64,000 nt of DNA from an uncultured Nitrososphaeraceae archaeon (lineage in GTDB: Archaea > Thermoproteota > Nitrososphaeria > Nitrososphaerales > Nitrososphaeraceae). Positions 22,137 to 33,011 of this stretch are shown here, piece by piece. A program made the position numbers and the translations under genes. Below the pieces are notes generated by a model. That model searched no databases. It was not told where the DNA came from and saw only the letters and a program-made list of their open reading frames with translations. Where the stretch lies: the NCBI GenBank assembly GCA_963837175.1, contig CAWIMJ010000050.1, positions 288,001-352,000 on the forward strand, written 5' to 3'. The first letter of the stretch is position 1; the number at the start of each line of letters is the position of its first letter.

Positions 22137-23419
22137 ACATAAAATATTCATTTCATCCTAGTTAATGATATGTACTCTCGCTGTTACGCAAGTGGGAAAG
22201 GCAATGAAATTGGATGATTAGACATCCTTCTTCATTGGTTTGCATTACTCTATTAAATATCATACTTGACGCGGCTCATAAGGTTCCATTTTACAAAGAA
22301 GTTAGATCATCTTGTAATAGTTTTATAAAGAATAAAAAAAGCCAGTAATGTCTTCTACCATAATCATATTTTTTATACTATTTTATACTATACTAACTGC
22401 TCTTAAAAATTGTAATTATGTCTATATTATAATTGGCTTTATTCACTTAATTCCCTATTCCACTAAGCATTTCATTGAAGGCATATTATCGACAAAATTT
22501 CTCATTCATCATTTCTTATATGTTTTAGTTTACGGCATCTTTTCTACAAGAAAGATGGTATCCTTCACAAAATATTCAGTTCTGACTTTATATTCGGAAT
22601 TGTTCGCTCAATAATACTTTTGTAATGAAATCAGTCATAATCTGTTTAGCTTAACAAATTAAAAGCATATGATGGATTTATAGTATCTTTCCACAGCACT
22701 ACCATAATCGTCACCACTAGGAATTGAATGTTTTTTTACGTGTCTTCAAATTAAATCTTGTATAAACCGCCCGCAGCAGCAAGTACATCTTTCCCTCATA
22801 ATAAGAAATTCTAATACCAAAAATCAGATTATCTATTCTTCAATTGATATCTATGACTATGCCTATATTGATTGCCAACTTTAAGTAGTTTTTATTTTTA
22901 TCTATGTTATAAATTCAGAAGATGCTTTTCGTTTTTTGTAACGTCGAATCCAATTCGATAATTAAATATGATTATTTTTTATAAACGGAGATAGATGTTC
23001 TCTGATGTTAGTCTATCAGCGGCTCTGTCTACACAGCATTAACTACTAGTTCTATAATCATATCTTTTCCTTTATTAGTTGTTTTGTGTATTTCAAAATA
23101 GGTGATATTTAATATATATCACCTTATACATGGAATTAAGCTATATAGTCGCTTAAAATCCATTACTCTATCCGTACATTTTAGATATCTTTGGTTATTA
23201 TTGTAAGATTCAGTGAGATAGTGAATTTTACAAATGTCTTACATTTACAAAATGATTACTATGCTTTGCTGATAGCTCGTATTATTGTTGAAGATGATTT
23301 TTATACTTACGTTATTTTGAATATATCTATTGCTTATAGTTAACTGCCTTTAATGGGTAAGTTGAGTTAAACGATTAAAACGCATTAAATGCACTAATTG
23401 TATTATCTGAATTGTATTC

Positions 23420-23539
23420 ATGTTACCATATGACAATGTAAAGATTAAGATAGCTTAGCGCACTCATAATGACCTGAACACAAGTCAGTACGGAGATACT
23501 ATGGATGATATAGTTAACCGGGCTCTCTCGATAGCATAG
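23420..23539 (+). pseudogene. Small ribbon-helix-helix/antitoxin-like gene with one in-frame stop
   Basis: MLPYDNVKIKIA*RTHNDLNTSQYGDTMDDIVNRALSIA*; resembles the archaeal RHH pattern TIKIS..T...L..LG.YGDT.DD.I.RLL. Confidence 0.45.
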
Positions 23540-23591
23540 GCAAAATGATGAGAAACTGCAACTATAAGAAAAATTATATATTCCGGCATGC

Positions 23592-23657
23592 TGTAGTGTA
23601 GCCCGTAATTACACGACTTTACACGATTTTAAAAAATTACACGAGATTTTACACCAC
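23592..23657. repeat. Cluster of short TTACACGA/TTACACCA direct repeats preceded by an inverted GTGTA
   Basis: TGTAGTGTAGcccgtaaTTACACGActTTACACGAttttaaaaaaTTACACGAgattTTACACCAc. Confidence 0.75.
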
Positions 23658-24311
23658 TCTAATTTAATGCACAAATGTTATTAATACACATTAAGCTATT
23701 ACTCTAGTAGGATAGACGCAAACGTCACCATGAAGGGAACAACACCAAGCCAAGGAAAGAAAATTGTTGGTTTTAAAAGTAATACCAAATGAACAGAACA
23801 AGCCCTTAATCACTATGGCTCAGATTTAAAATAAGAAAAAGTGTATCCTATACAAATAATATAATAATTCACTGAATACCTTGAGTTTCCGTAGCTTATC
23901 GTCAAGCTCACAATACAAGATATAGAATTAGAGATAACAAGCTTTCTACAAACAACTAGAATATTTGCCATCGGTAATTTTGATGTCGAAGAAATAGATT
24001 ATAATATATATATACAAATAATACTTTTGTTAACGAAATTTACTACACACATATGAATAGAAAGGGAAACGAAGTGTATTAAAAAGTAAGCATATGATAA
24101 GAAAATAATGAAATTCTTGAAATTATAAATGATAAAAGAAGAATTTAAATTAAATTTCTTTTAAGAAGCTGCTTCTGTATATATTCTATTAAGAAATAGT
24201 AAGAAATTATATAGGTTAAATTATATTAAAAAGTGTTTCTTTGATTACTTGTGGGTAGAAATTTATAATTCACAAATGCACAAGGATGATAACTTCAGTC
24301 CTCCATGATCT

Positions 24312-24578
24312 ATTACTGAAATGGAGATTGCCAAGCAGTTAAAGCTGGATACTCGTCAACCATAGCGATAGATATAGATTAAAAGAATCCAAATAACCTT
24401 TTCTCCGATTTAATCAAGGATGATTTAGCGTTAATAGATAGCCAATGTATAGCCTCAGTGGAAGTAACTGCTAGAGGGCTATGCATTCTATTAAATAGAG
24501 AAAATATATCTCAATAAAGAACACATTCTTTCTTTGAAGATAATAAAAGAGTATAGTGAAACCGAGTTTTTGCTCTAA
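24312..24578 (+). pseudogene. Decayed helix-turn-helix protein gene
   Basis: Fragments across frames: ITEMEIAKQLKLD / SSTIAIDI / FSDLIKDDLALIDSQCIASVE / KEHILSLKIIKEYSETEF. Confidence 0.55.
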
Positions 24579-24818
24579 AATTACAACATATTATATCCAT
24601 TGGTTGAATCCTTCGTCTATAATTACATAATGAAATGATTTTTTGGAGGATTTAAATGAAAATAGCCATCATTGTATCATATTGTTCTCCCTGATCTTTG
24701 CAGTTTAGCTGTTTTTATCACATCGATAGGTTTTCTATTACCTTAATTTAACAGATGAAAATTCTACATACACTAGGCTGCAATATCGTGCAATCTGAAT
24801 TGGATTTCAAAAAAGAAA

Positions 24819-24893
24819 TGCCGGAGGCGGGATTCGAGCCCGCGACCTTTCGATTATGAGTCGAACGCTCTAACCATGCTGAGCTACCCCGGC
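24819..24893 (-). tRNA. tRNA-Met (CAT), probably elongator, intron-less
   Basis: GCCGGGG/CTCCGGC acceptor stem, TAGCTCAG D arm, TTCGA-CTCATAA-TCGAA anticodon arm, GCGGG-CTCGAAT-CCCGC T arm; T-run downstream. Confidence 0.93.
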
Positions 24894-24943
24894 AAGCTCA
24901 GCAGCGTTTCGCATCGAGAATTCTCTTGATACAATAATATAAT

Positions 24944-25579
24944 CTATTCAAACATCCGGCGCATATCGCCTTCAAGTATTCCTGTTCCTGCATGAAGTCT
25001 ATCTATATGTTTTGACAAGGCCTCTTTTGTGTCAAATGGAGATTCACAGTATGGACAAGTCAGGTTAGCAGAGCTGGTATCTTTCATGTAGACAATAGCT
25101 TTTGGATTAATTATACAAACTGGTGTTCCTCGAAGTGCAGTATCTGCTGTAGATAACGTTGCCATTTGGATCTTTTCAAATATATCATCTCTAGAGACCA
25201 TGCCTAGAACAGCTGCATTTGAACTAACTATTATCTGTCTTACATCATTTTTGTCCATAATGGAGAGTGCTTCTTGAACTGAGGTTTTAGGATCGACAGC
25301 AAGTACAGGGCTTGTCATAATTTCGCGAAGTTTGATTTTCGATGGATTTTTACCTTGAGAGATGACTTTGAAAAGTATATCTGTCTTACTTAATATGCCA
25401 ATAACTTCTCCATTATGCGAGGCAAGGACGCTTCGAGTGTTTCTATCCTTCATAAGTTTAGTTGCTTCATCAACAAACTTATCGCTTTCAAGAATAATCA
25501 CGTTTGTATTCAATATGATCTCTATAGGCGAAGATAGAAGTGAAGTAATATTATCTGGAACATAAGACGAATCTTTCAC
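24944..25579 (-). CDS. CBS-pair protein with C-terminal C2H2 zinc finger
   Basis: GILSKTDI, EIMTSP, GMVSRDDI; CPYCESPFDTKEALSKHIDRLH. Confidence 0.88.
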   Translation of the reverse strand: MKDSSYVPDNITSLLSSPIEIILNTNVIILESDKFVDEATKLMKDRNTRSVLASHNGEVIGILSKTDILFKVISQGKNPSKIKLREIMTSPVLAVDPKTSVQEALSIMDKNDVRQIIVSSNAAVLGMVSRDDIFEKIQMATLSTADTALRGTPVCIINPKAIVYMKDTSSANLTCPYCESPFDTKEALSKHIDRLHAGTGILEGDMRRMFE

Positions 25580-25962
25580 ACTGGAGAAAGCTCAATTCAT
25601 TTATTTATAGTTGATCTTTGAAATATTAATTATGCTTTATTTTCAATTAACTGTTTCAGTTCTATAATTAGAACTAACCTCCTCCTCCTTGTACATTATT
25701 GAACTTTACAATGAAATTGTCTCCACTGGCTTGACTTTTTTATAATCTATTATACAGTAATCTTGTATCCCTTGATAAAACTATTAGGAAGGATCCTTAT
25801 AGTTAGAGGTACTAGGGATAGCAACTAGTTCATGAAATATCAAAATATTGATAAATTTACATCAAATTTCCCTATTTATATAAAAAAATGGCTAAAAAAC
25901 TTGAATAATTCCTGGTCCTACTTCCTTATCTATATTCGTTATTCCAAAATATTAGACATTTT

Positions 25963-27723
25963 CTAACTCTCGTCCTGCACTACCCTCATTTCTTGTAACG
26001 GCACTTCCTCTCTAACTGGATAAAATTCTTTTAGCTTGCTGTAGGAATAATCATCAACCCACTTGAATTTGCGTTGAAGAGTAGTAGTGTAAATTTTCTT
26101 CCAGTCTAGATCTACATAATTTAGCCAAGCCCTCATGACACGTGGATCAATATAATTTCTCAGCGAGGTTCCAAGGTTATAATCACGTGTTTCCTTGTGT
26201 AATTTGAGCTGCATTTTTAGCTTTTCCGATCTCTCTTCAAGTTTCTTCTTCTGAATCTCTGTCTTCCACTTCATTGCTGCAATATCAGATCCAATTTTTT
26301 TTAAAGAGTCTTCCTTTTTTCTTATTGACTCTTCAAATTTCTCCAATGCTCTTCTGCTTGCAGGATTCTTTGGATCTATCCCTTTTTTATGATTGCACGT
26401 AATTGCGGCTTTCAGGTTTGCCATTTTCGTAAGATAGATTTTCTCTATTTCTGATGAATTCTTGTCTACCTTTATCTTTGGATCTGAGAGTTCTTCCTTA
26501 ACCGTTTTTGTAGCAATATATGTTCTAAAGACTTTTGCTGTTAATCCCGGGACATTTTTGGGATCAACATTTCGCAGGAATATATTCACCTTGCTAGAAT
26601 TAATGCTATCAAAAATCTGTGAATTACTCTCCTTTTTATTCATAAATAATTTGAGATTCTTGTATAGTCCTTGGGTATCCTGAGAATTAACCTCAAGAGT
26701 TTTTTGCCAAGGCACACTATCTTTTCCCAAGAAATTAAATTCTATTAACTGTTTGCCATTCTTCTCTGGAAATTTAATATGTTCAACTCGCAGAGTAGAT
26801 GCCCCGACAGTGTCAGCTTCTTCAGGATCTTTTTCGTCACCAACTCGCATTGCGAGTTTGAAAATGAGATAACAAACTGTAGCGATCTTCTTCTGATTTA
26901 GGTCATTCGAGTTGAGCATTATCCTGATAATTTGCTTTTGCACTTTGCCGATGTATTTTTCAAGCTTCTTTGCTTTGTCGTATTTTTCTTTGTCATTATT
27001 CTGTCGAAGTATAGCTGAATCATGAAGCCATACATATTTTCTCTTGCCAGTTAGTTTTTCAATCCATGTAGCAAGCCATGTAGACGAGTGATCGTGGACG
27101 ATATTCTTCCACGTTCCCTCTGGAACAGGAGCGTCTTCCCCTAGATTAAGAATCACATCCTGAGCTCTTACTCGTGGCTTCCATTTGCCTCGTAATGGAT
27201 GCTGGCCTCTTCCCATAAATAATCCTGGAGGCTCTACCAACCAATTGGCGATTTCTACTTCTAATCCGTCCACAATCGCCTTACCATAGATTGACTTAAG
27301 TCTTTCTCTCTCTTGCTTTCTCTCCAAAGCTATTTTCCTTTTCTCTTCTCTAGGAAGGTTCTTTATTCTATGTATCTCTGCCTCTTTCAATACATTCTCA
27401 TGATCTACAAGTCTAAATGCTTCAGAAAAATCAATATCTTTTATAGTATCAATACTTTGGAACCTATCAGGAAATAGCATTCTTAAATCATTTAGAAAAT
27501 TTGTTTGAAAAGTAGGATCCTCGATGTAATGTGTATTCTTTTTCTTTGCCCATGCATATATTAGTTCCTCCTGGTCGAGGTTTAGAATGAATCGTTCACC
27601 TCGAATCGTGATACCTATACCTCGTCGTTGATATTCGGGTGGAAAAGCCACGCCTCTATGTTCAAGAGTATTCCATTTTACGTCAGCCATAGAATTAGTG
27701 GCTGTAGTAGCTAAAGATTCCAT
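25963..27723 (-). CDS. DNA topoisomerase IB (eukaryote-like)
   Basis: KWNTLEHRGV, EPPGLFMGRGQHP; catalytic R (MRVG), K (GKDS), R (AKVFRT), H (CNH), Y (NYIDPR). Confidence 0.96.
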   Translation of the reverse strand: MESLATTATNSMADVKWNTLEHRGVAFPPEYQRRGIGITIRGERFILNLDQEELIYAWAKKKNTHYIEDPTFQTNFLNDLRMLFPDRFQSIDTIKDIDFSEAFRLVDHENVLKEAEIHRIKNLPREEKRKIALERKQERERLKSIYGKAIVDGLEVEIANWLVEPPGLFMGRGQHPLRGKWKPRVRAQDVILNLGEDAPVPEGTWKNIVHDHSSTWLATWIEKLTGKRKYVWLHDSAILRQNNDKEKYDKAKKLEKYIGKVQKQIIRIMLNSNDLNQKKIATVCYLIFKLAMRVGDEKDPEEADTVGASTLRVEHIKFPEKNGKQLIEFNFLGKDSVPWQKTLEVNSQDTQGLYKNLKLFMNKKESNSQIFDSINSSKVNIFLRNVDPKNVPGLTAKVFRTYIATKTVKEELSDPKIKVDKNSSEIEKIYLTKMANLKAAITCNHKKGIDPKNPASRRALEKFEESIRKKEDSLKKIGSDIAAMKWKTEIQKKKLEERSEKLKMQLKLHKETRDYNLGTSLRNYIDPRVMRAWLNYVDLDWKKIYTTTLQRKFKWVDDYSYSKLKEFYPVREEVPLQEMRVVQDES

Positions 27724-28793
27724 CTACATTATACAAGATAATAAGCATCTACTATCATTCTTAAACCTTACCTAGCGATTCTTAGTCTGTTGTCTGTTCA
27801 TATTCAACCTTGTCTTTGACATCCGAGCTAATATAATATCGGATGGTGGTTTGGGTAAATCTTATAAAATAGTTTTGATATAGTGGATAAGAAATACTAA
27901 AGGCTAAAGACCCAACATAACTGGACCGACCTGCTACGAAATAACGTCGGGTGTTATAGAATTGGACGATAGTCATTAGGCAAATCAAGGCAATATTTGA
28001 AACAAATTCTACCGTACAGTCAGAAGGCTAAAGTATACTATGAGCGATAGCTAATCACAGAGTGATATCGATATCAACGTTGGTTCCATGGCTGCATAAC
28101 TAGATTCAGTTTCCTTCTGATTGTTTATTAATTCTCAATTTACAATCGAAGGTCTGGAGAACAATAATGACAGAGCTTATACCATTTCTCATTAATGTTT
28201 GTTTAACGTACTTTTCTAAATTAGTAACCCTAATAATTTATATTTAAAAGAATCCAGAATTTCTAGTATTATTTTTCCTTTCATAAAGGATCTTAAATTC
28301 TCTGTAGTGGTTCGCTTTTTTTTCGAAGAGCCAAAAATCAAGGTATATTTCCATGAGTTTAATATCTAGTGGAAGTATACCTCACCTATTGCATCTGAGC
28401 AAATGAACAAAAATCTTCCATCAAATCTTTTGTCCATCAGGATAGATTACATCTGAACAATTCGCAAGTTTGAGAGCAAAACCAGACAGACTTTTTGATA
28501 TCATATAAGTAAATCATGTAAGAAATTGCTCAAATAATGCTTAGAATATACATTTTTATAATGGATATTTGCGAAGAATTTTCGCTAGCGTTAGAATAAC
28601 TAAGGAATGATTCCTCAATAGATATGCATCAATTCTCTCTGCTGTTGTTTGAGCATAATAATACTGTATAGTATTTCTTATATTTAATCTGGAACTCACT
28701 TTATACAGATAGAAAAGATACGGTTGCAATATTGTTGGATTGAATAATAGTTAACTTAAAGTATAATCCCTACTATTTGATCTTTAGAGTATT

Positions 28794-29027
28794 ATGCCGA
28801 GAGCATTCGTATTGTTGAACGCAGATCTTGGTTATGAGTCAACTTTAGCTGCAGATATGAAAAGCATTCCTGGGGTTAAGGAAGCATATGCCGTATATGG
28901 TGTTTATGATATTATGATTAAAGTTGAAGCCGATTCAATGGACAAGTTAAAAGAATTCATCGGCAGTAAAATAAGGAGAGTAAAGGGCGTTAAATCTACG
29001 TTAACGATGCTTATCATGGATAGTTAG
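28794..29027 (+). CDS. Lrp/AsnC ligand-binding-domain protein
   Basis: AFVLLN...GVKEAYAVYGVYDIMIKVEA...IRRVKGVKSTLT. Confidence 0.9.
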   Translation: MPRAFVLLNADLGYESTLAADMKSIPGVKEAYAVYGVYDIMIKVEADSMDKLKEFIGSKIRRVKGVKSTLTMLIMDS

Positions 29028-30304
29028 TTATTTATTGTATTTTTATTTTGGCCTCGATCTCGATATCTAAATATGTCCAGTTTGATCAATTCGTGGTAAG
29101 ATCCAAATTCCTGCGGATCTACTTTGTCTAATTCTATCTCAGAATTATTGTCATAATCTGCTTCTACAGGGTAGATTTTTAGCAATCGATATGTAGTCGA
29201 GCGCTGTGCTGGTATTCTTCCAGCTGATCTTATTATAGATCTAATTTGTTTTGGTTTCATTAATTGCCCAAATTGCGCTCCTGCCGCAGTTGAAATACTT
29301 TCATTCATCAACGTACCTCCAAAATCATTGGCACCTGCAGCAAGTAACAACTGCGACATTCTTGGACCCTCTTTAACCCAGGAAACCTGAATATTGTTGA
29401 TATGACCGTGTAGCATAATGCGTGAAATAGCATGCATTTTAATTACTTCATTGCCGTCTGCTCCAGGTCGAATATTTGGTATTGTATTATGGTTGTACAT
29501 AGGAGCCTCATCGTGAACAAAGCTCAATGGTACAAATTCAGTAAACCCGTGTGTCTCTTTTTGAATACTTCTTATCAAGGAAAGATGGTTGGCTTTATGC
29601 AATGATGACTCGATATGCCCATACATGATCGTCGAGGTAGTAGGAATTTGCATAGAATGCGCAAGCTTTATAATGTTTATCCAGTCTTTAGAAGATATTC
29701 TTCCAGGAGATATAATATCTCGAACTTCTTGATCTAGGATTTCGGCGGCTGTTCCTGGAAGACTGCCTATCCCTGCTTCCTTTAACATTTTCAGGTATTC
29801 TTCAACGGATACTTCAGACCTAATTGCTCCATAGAGTATCTCTTCGGGCGAAAATGCGTGAATATGAATATTAGGTAATTCTTTCTTCACAGCATTACAA
29901 ATGTCTATATATAAATGACCATCCATTTTTGGAGGCAAACCGGCTTGAATGCAGATTTCCGTAGCACCCAGATCTGAGGCTTCTTTAGCTCTTCTAACGA
30001 TCTCTTCTAATGGAAGGAAATAACCTTCTTCTTGACGAAAGTCTCTGCTGAATGCACAAAAACCACAGCGTTTGATACAGACATTTGTGAAATTGATATT
30101 TCTATTTATAACATAGGTTACATTGTTACCAACTGTCCGCTTGCGTAACTCATTGGCAACCAGTACCACAACGTTCATTTCGGTCCCTGTGGAATCAAAG
30201 AGTTGAACTGCTTGCTTCTCTGAAATGGCTTTATTGTTGAGTGCTCGATCTAGAGTGGAGGAAATTAAGGGGTCAATTTCCTTTAAAAGAGAATCAAGAG
30301 TCAA
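29024..30304 (-). CDS. cofH: FO synthase subunit 2 (F420 biosynthesis)
   Basis: NRNINFTNVCIKRCGFCAF, PGTAAEIL, NIQVSWVKEG, GANDFGGTLMNESIS. Confidence 0.95.
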   Translation of the reverse strand: MTLDSLLKEIDPLISSTLDRALNNKAISEKQAVQLFDSTGTEMNVVVLVANELRKRTVGNNVTYVINRNINFTNVCIKRCGFCAFSRDFRQEEGYFLPLEEIVRRAKEASDLGATEICIQAGLPPKMDGHLYIDICNAVKKELPNIHIHAFSPEEILYGAIRSEVSVEEYLKMLKEAGIGSLPGTAAEILDQEVRDIISPGRISSKDWINIIKLAHSMQIPTTSTIMYGHIESSLHKANHLSLIRSIQKETHGFTEFVPLSFVHDEAPMYNHNTIPNIRPGADGNEVIKMHAISRIMLHGHINNIQVSWVKEGPRMSQLLLAAGANDFGGTLMNESISTAAGAQFGQLMKPKQIRSIIRSAGRIPAQRSTTYRLLKIYPVEADYDNNSEIELDKVDPQEFGSYHELIKLDIFRYRDRGQNKNTINN

Positions 30305-31524
30305 TTTATATAATCCTCTCGTACGAGCCCTGATTCATCTGAAAAAACATTCACGTAACTCTTGAGACTGTCTTTTATAAAGCCATTATCTTTTACTATA
30401 AATTCTGGATAGACTGGCAGTCGTGCTCTAAATTTGCAGCCTCTATTTTCAGTAACTTCTTTTACCGATTCAATACTTGGCCAGGGAAATTCTGGATTTA
30501 CATAGTCAATGGTCACAGGAGAAATCCCACCCCAATCATTAATTCCAGCATCCAAGTATTTTCCAAAAACATTAGGATTAAGGTTGGGAGGAACTTGAAT
30601 ATTAACTTCTGGCATTACTAACCTAGCAACCGCTATACTCATTATAAAATAATTATATGTAGGAGGAGTAGAATTTGCCATCCAAGTTTCAGGCTTTGGT
30701 GCAAAGTTTTGCATTATTATCTCTTGTATGTGACCGTATTTTTGATTGATCTCTTCAATCGTAAATAAGGAATCGACAAGTTCTTCCGGGCTTTCACCTA
30801 TTCCAATAAGTAGTCCTGTGGTGAGGGGTATTCTCAATCGTCCTGCATTCTCCAATGCTTTCATTCTCACTTTGGGATTTTTACTTGGAGCATTCTCATG
30901 CGGCATACCCTTTTCGCTCAATCGGTAGCTAGAAGATTCAAGCATCATCCCTAGGCTAACATTGGTCTCTTTCAATAACGACATATCCTTTTTTGTCAGG
31001 CTACCCGCATTAGTATGTGGAAGTAAGCCTGTTTTCTTAAGTACCATTTCACTCAATTCGTTTATGTATTCAACAGTTGATGAACATCTCACTGATTTTA
31101 GCCATACTTTGGCCTCTAGGTATTTCTGCTCAGGCTTTTCGCCTGTTACAAATAATGCTTCAGTACATTGTAATCGTCTACCTGCTTCTGCAATTGCTAT
31201 AACCTGCTCTGGTTTCATCATGCTTATGGAAGTATCATGAGGTTCTTTTTTGTAAGTACAATATGAACATGTATCCCGGCATAGATTAACCAGATTTATG
31301 AAAACCTTACGCGAGTACGTAATTGGACCGATCTTAATTCTATCTCTCATCTTTCGTGCTGTATCTACAATCCCATCAATGCAATCTACAGAATTAATGA
31401 GATTATAAGCGTCTTCTTTCATGATCCGTCTTCCTTCTAAACATTTTTCCAAAATCTCATGGATACTTTGGTACCTGCTAGTAGCGAGCATATCTAAAAT
31501 ATTTTTTCCTAAAGTTAGATTCAT
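30301..31524 (-). CDS. cofG: FO synthase subunit 1
   Basis: TYSRKVF..NLCRDTCSYC, LPHTNAG, IQVPPNL, GINDWGGISPVT.DYVNPE.PWP; overlaps cofH. Confidence 0.95.
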   Translation of the reverse strand: MNLTLGKNILDMLATSRYQSIHEILEKCLEGRRIMKEDAYNLINSVDCIDGIVDTARKMRDRIKIGPITYSRKVFINLVNLCRDTCSYCTYKKEPHDTSISMMKPEQVIAIAEAGRRLQCTEALFVTGEKPEQKYLEAKVWLKSVRCSSTVEYINELSEMVLKKTGLLPHTNAGSLTKKDMSLLKETNVSLGMMLESSSYRLSEKGMPHENAPSKNPKVRMKALENAGRLRIPLTTGLLIGIGESPEELVDSLFTIEEINQKYGHIQEIIMQNFAPKPETWMANSTPPTYNYFIMSIAVARLVMPEVNIQVPPNLNPNVFGKYLDAGINDWGGISPVTIDYVNPEFPWPSIESVKEVTENRGCKFRARLPVYPEFIVKDNGFIKDSLKSYVNVFSDESGLVREDYIN

Positions 31525-31647
31525 GATATTCTTAATAAATAGTTAGGCATCCTGATTTGTTAAGTCTTTTTAATATAGATAAAATATAGTTCATTGAGAT
31601 TATTATATTTCTCTGTATTTATAAGCAATGGTTCTGTACTTCATTTT

Positions 31648-32865
31648 CTAACTGAGAGGATGTTGTTTTTCGCTTATAGTATATTTTCTTCCACGCCAAT
31701 TAACGGCGCCTTTTTTTCTGGCATCGATAATGGCTGTTATAAAAGAGAATGATATAATTGCTCCTCCTACAGGTGAAAATAACGCATATAGAGAATTTTG
31801 ATAAACACCAAGCCTTAATTGAATAACACTGCTCAAAATAATAATTGCAGATGCTACTGCATCGCTCACTATTAAAAGCAAACTTACAATATCCTCTCTA
31901 ACTAGATTTATAAATAATAATGAATACGGTAACAAAACGAATGGTTCAAAAAGGAGGAAAAATATAGCAATCGCCATTAAAGATGCTCCTTTTTTATTCT
32001 GATTGTATAGAGGAATCATTAATCTTCTCAATCCATGCCACAGAGTGTTGAGATCTCTAGCCCAGATTGCTTCAATGTAGCTTTCGCCACGCACCATTTT
32101 TATCATAAATTTTTCTTTTTTTACTTTTCCGCCTAATGCCCCGTCTTCTACAAGCTCATATCTAACTGCTTTATGGGTACCTACCTTTTCATAGGTGCTT
32201 CTAGTTATTATGAAAAAACTACCAAAGAAGTATCCTATTTTTGTCTTGGGATCATTTACTCGTAGAGCAGAAAATCGACTATGTAAAAAAGTTGAGAGCA
32301 TCGGTAATGTGATTTTAGTCCAAAAGTCTTTAGATAGAAGCTTTGGTATAGCAGTTAGGGCATCTAGATTCTCAAAAATCAAATGCTTAATAGACAATGA
32401 CATTGTAGAAGGGAGATGTACAGTATCCGCATCTGTAAAAAGAAGCAAATCACCTCGTGCTCTCAGATAGCCTTGAAAACATGCCCAATTTTTCCCTGCC
32501 CATCCCTCCGGCTTAGATTTCGCATGAACAACTAGAATTCTAGGATCTTTTGCTGCGTATTGCTGCATTATGACTCCAGTCCCATCTGTTGACGAATCGT
32601 TGACTGCAATAATCTCAAAATTTGGATAGTCTTGATTTATTAAACTATCTAAACATTTTGCGATATATTTTTCTTCATTTCGAGCAGGTAAAATTATGCT
32701 AACTTTAGGGAAATTTCTAATATTGGCTGATTTATCATAAGAATCTAACATCGGAGATTGTTTCAAAGATTTTAATACATAGACAATAAGGTATATCCAT
32801 GTAGCAAGAATTCCAAACGAAATAGCAGTTAATAACGAGTTGATTATAGAGAGAATTATTTCCAT
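31648..32865 (-). CDS. Membrane GT2 glycosyltransferase
   Basis: PARNEE, NDSSTDGT, GWAGKNWAC, FTDAD, LVED, VNWRGR. Confidence 0.9.
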   Translation of the reverse strand: MEIILSIINSLLTAISFGILATWIYLIVYVLKSLKQSPMLDSYDKSANIRNFPKVSIILPARNEEKYIAKCLDSLINQDYPNFEIIAVNDSSTDGTGVIMQQYAAKDPRILVVHAKSKPEGWAGKNWACFQGYLRARGDLLLFTDADTVHLPSTMSLSIKHLIFENLDALTAIPKLLSKDFWTKITLPMLSTFLHSRFSALRVNDPKTKIGYFFGSFFIITRSTYEKVGTHKAVRYELVEDGALGGKVKKEKFMIKMVRGESYIEAIWARDLNTLWHGLRRLMIPLYNQNKKGASLMAIAIFFLLFEPFVLLPYSLLFINLVREDIVSLLLIVSDAVASAIIILSSVIQLRLGVYQNSLYALFSPVGGAIISFSFITAIIDARKKGAVNWRGRKYTISEKQHPLS

Positions 32866-33011
32866 GAAAGATCTCTAGCATGGTTATCAACGATTATACA
32901 TATACATTCGCCTTTGATTATTGAAGAGCAGGTAATCGTAATCTATGAATTTCTATCGCTCCTTCTCTAAAAGGAAAACTAATTTTAATAGGAATCTTAA
33001 TTTGTAGCCTT

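Noticed and set aside
22348-22614. 88-aa hydrophobic ORF, and similar AT-rich ORFs at 1028, 4018, 12798, 27782, 34363, 35895, 42531, 53732 and 63709
   Set aside because: Composition (I/L/F/Y/K/N-rich) is what random AT-rich DNA gives; no motifs.
23582-23606. TCCGGCA and GCTGTAGTGTAGCCCG as a tRNA fragment or att site
   Set aside because: The match to the tRNA-Met 3' end is only 7 nt and in the wrong orientation, and no cloverleaf follows.
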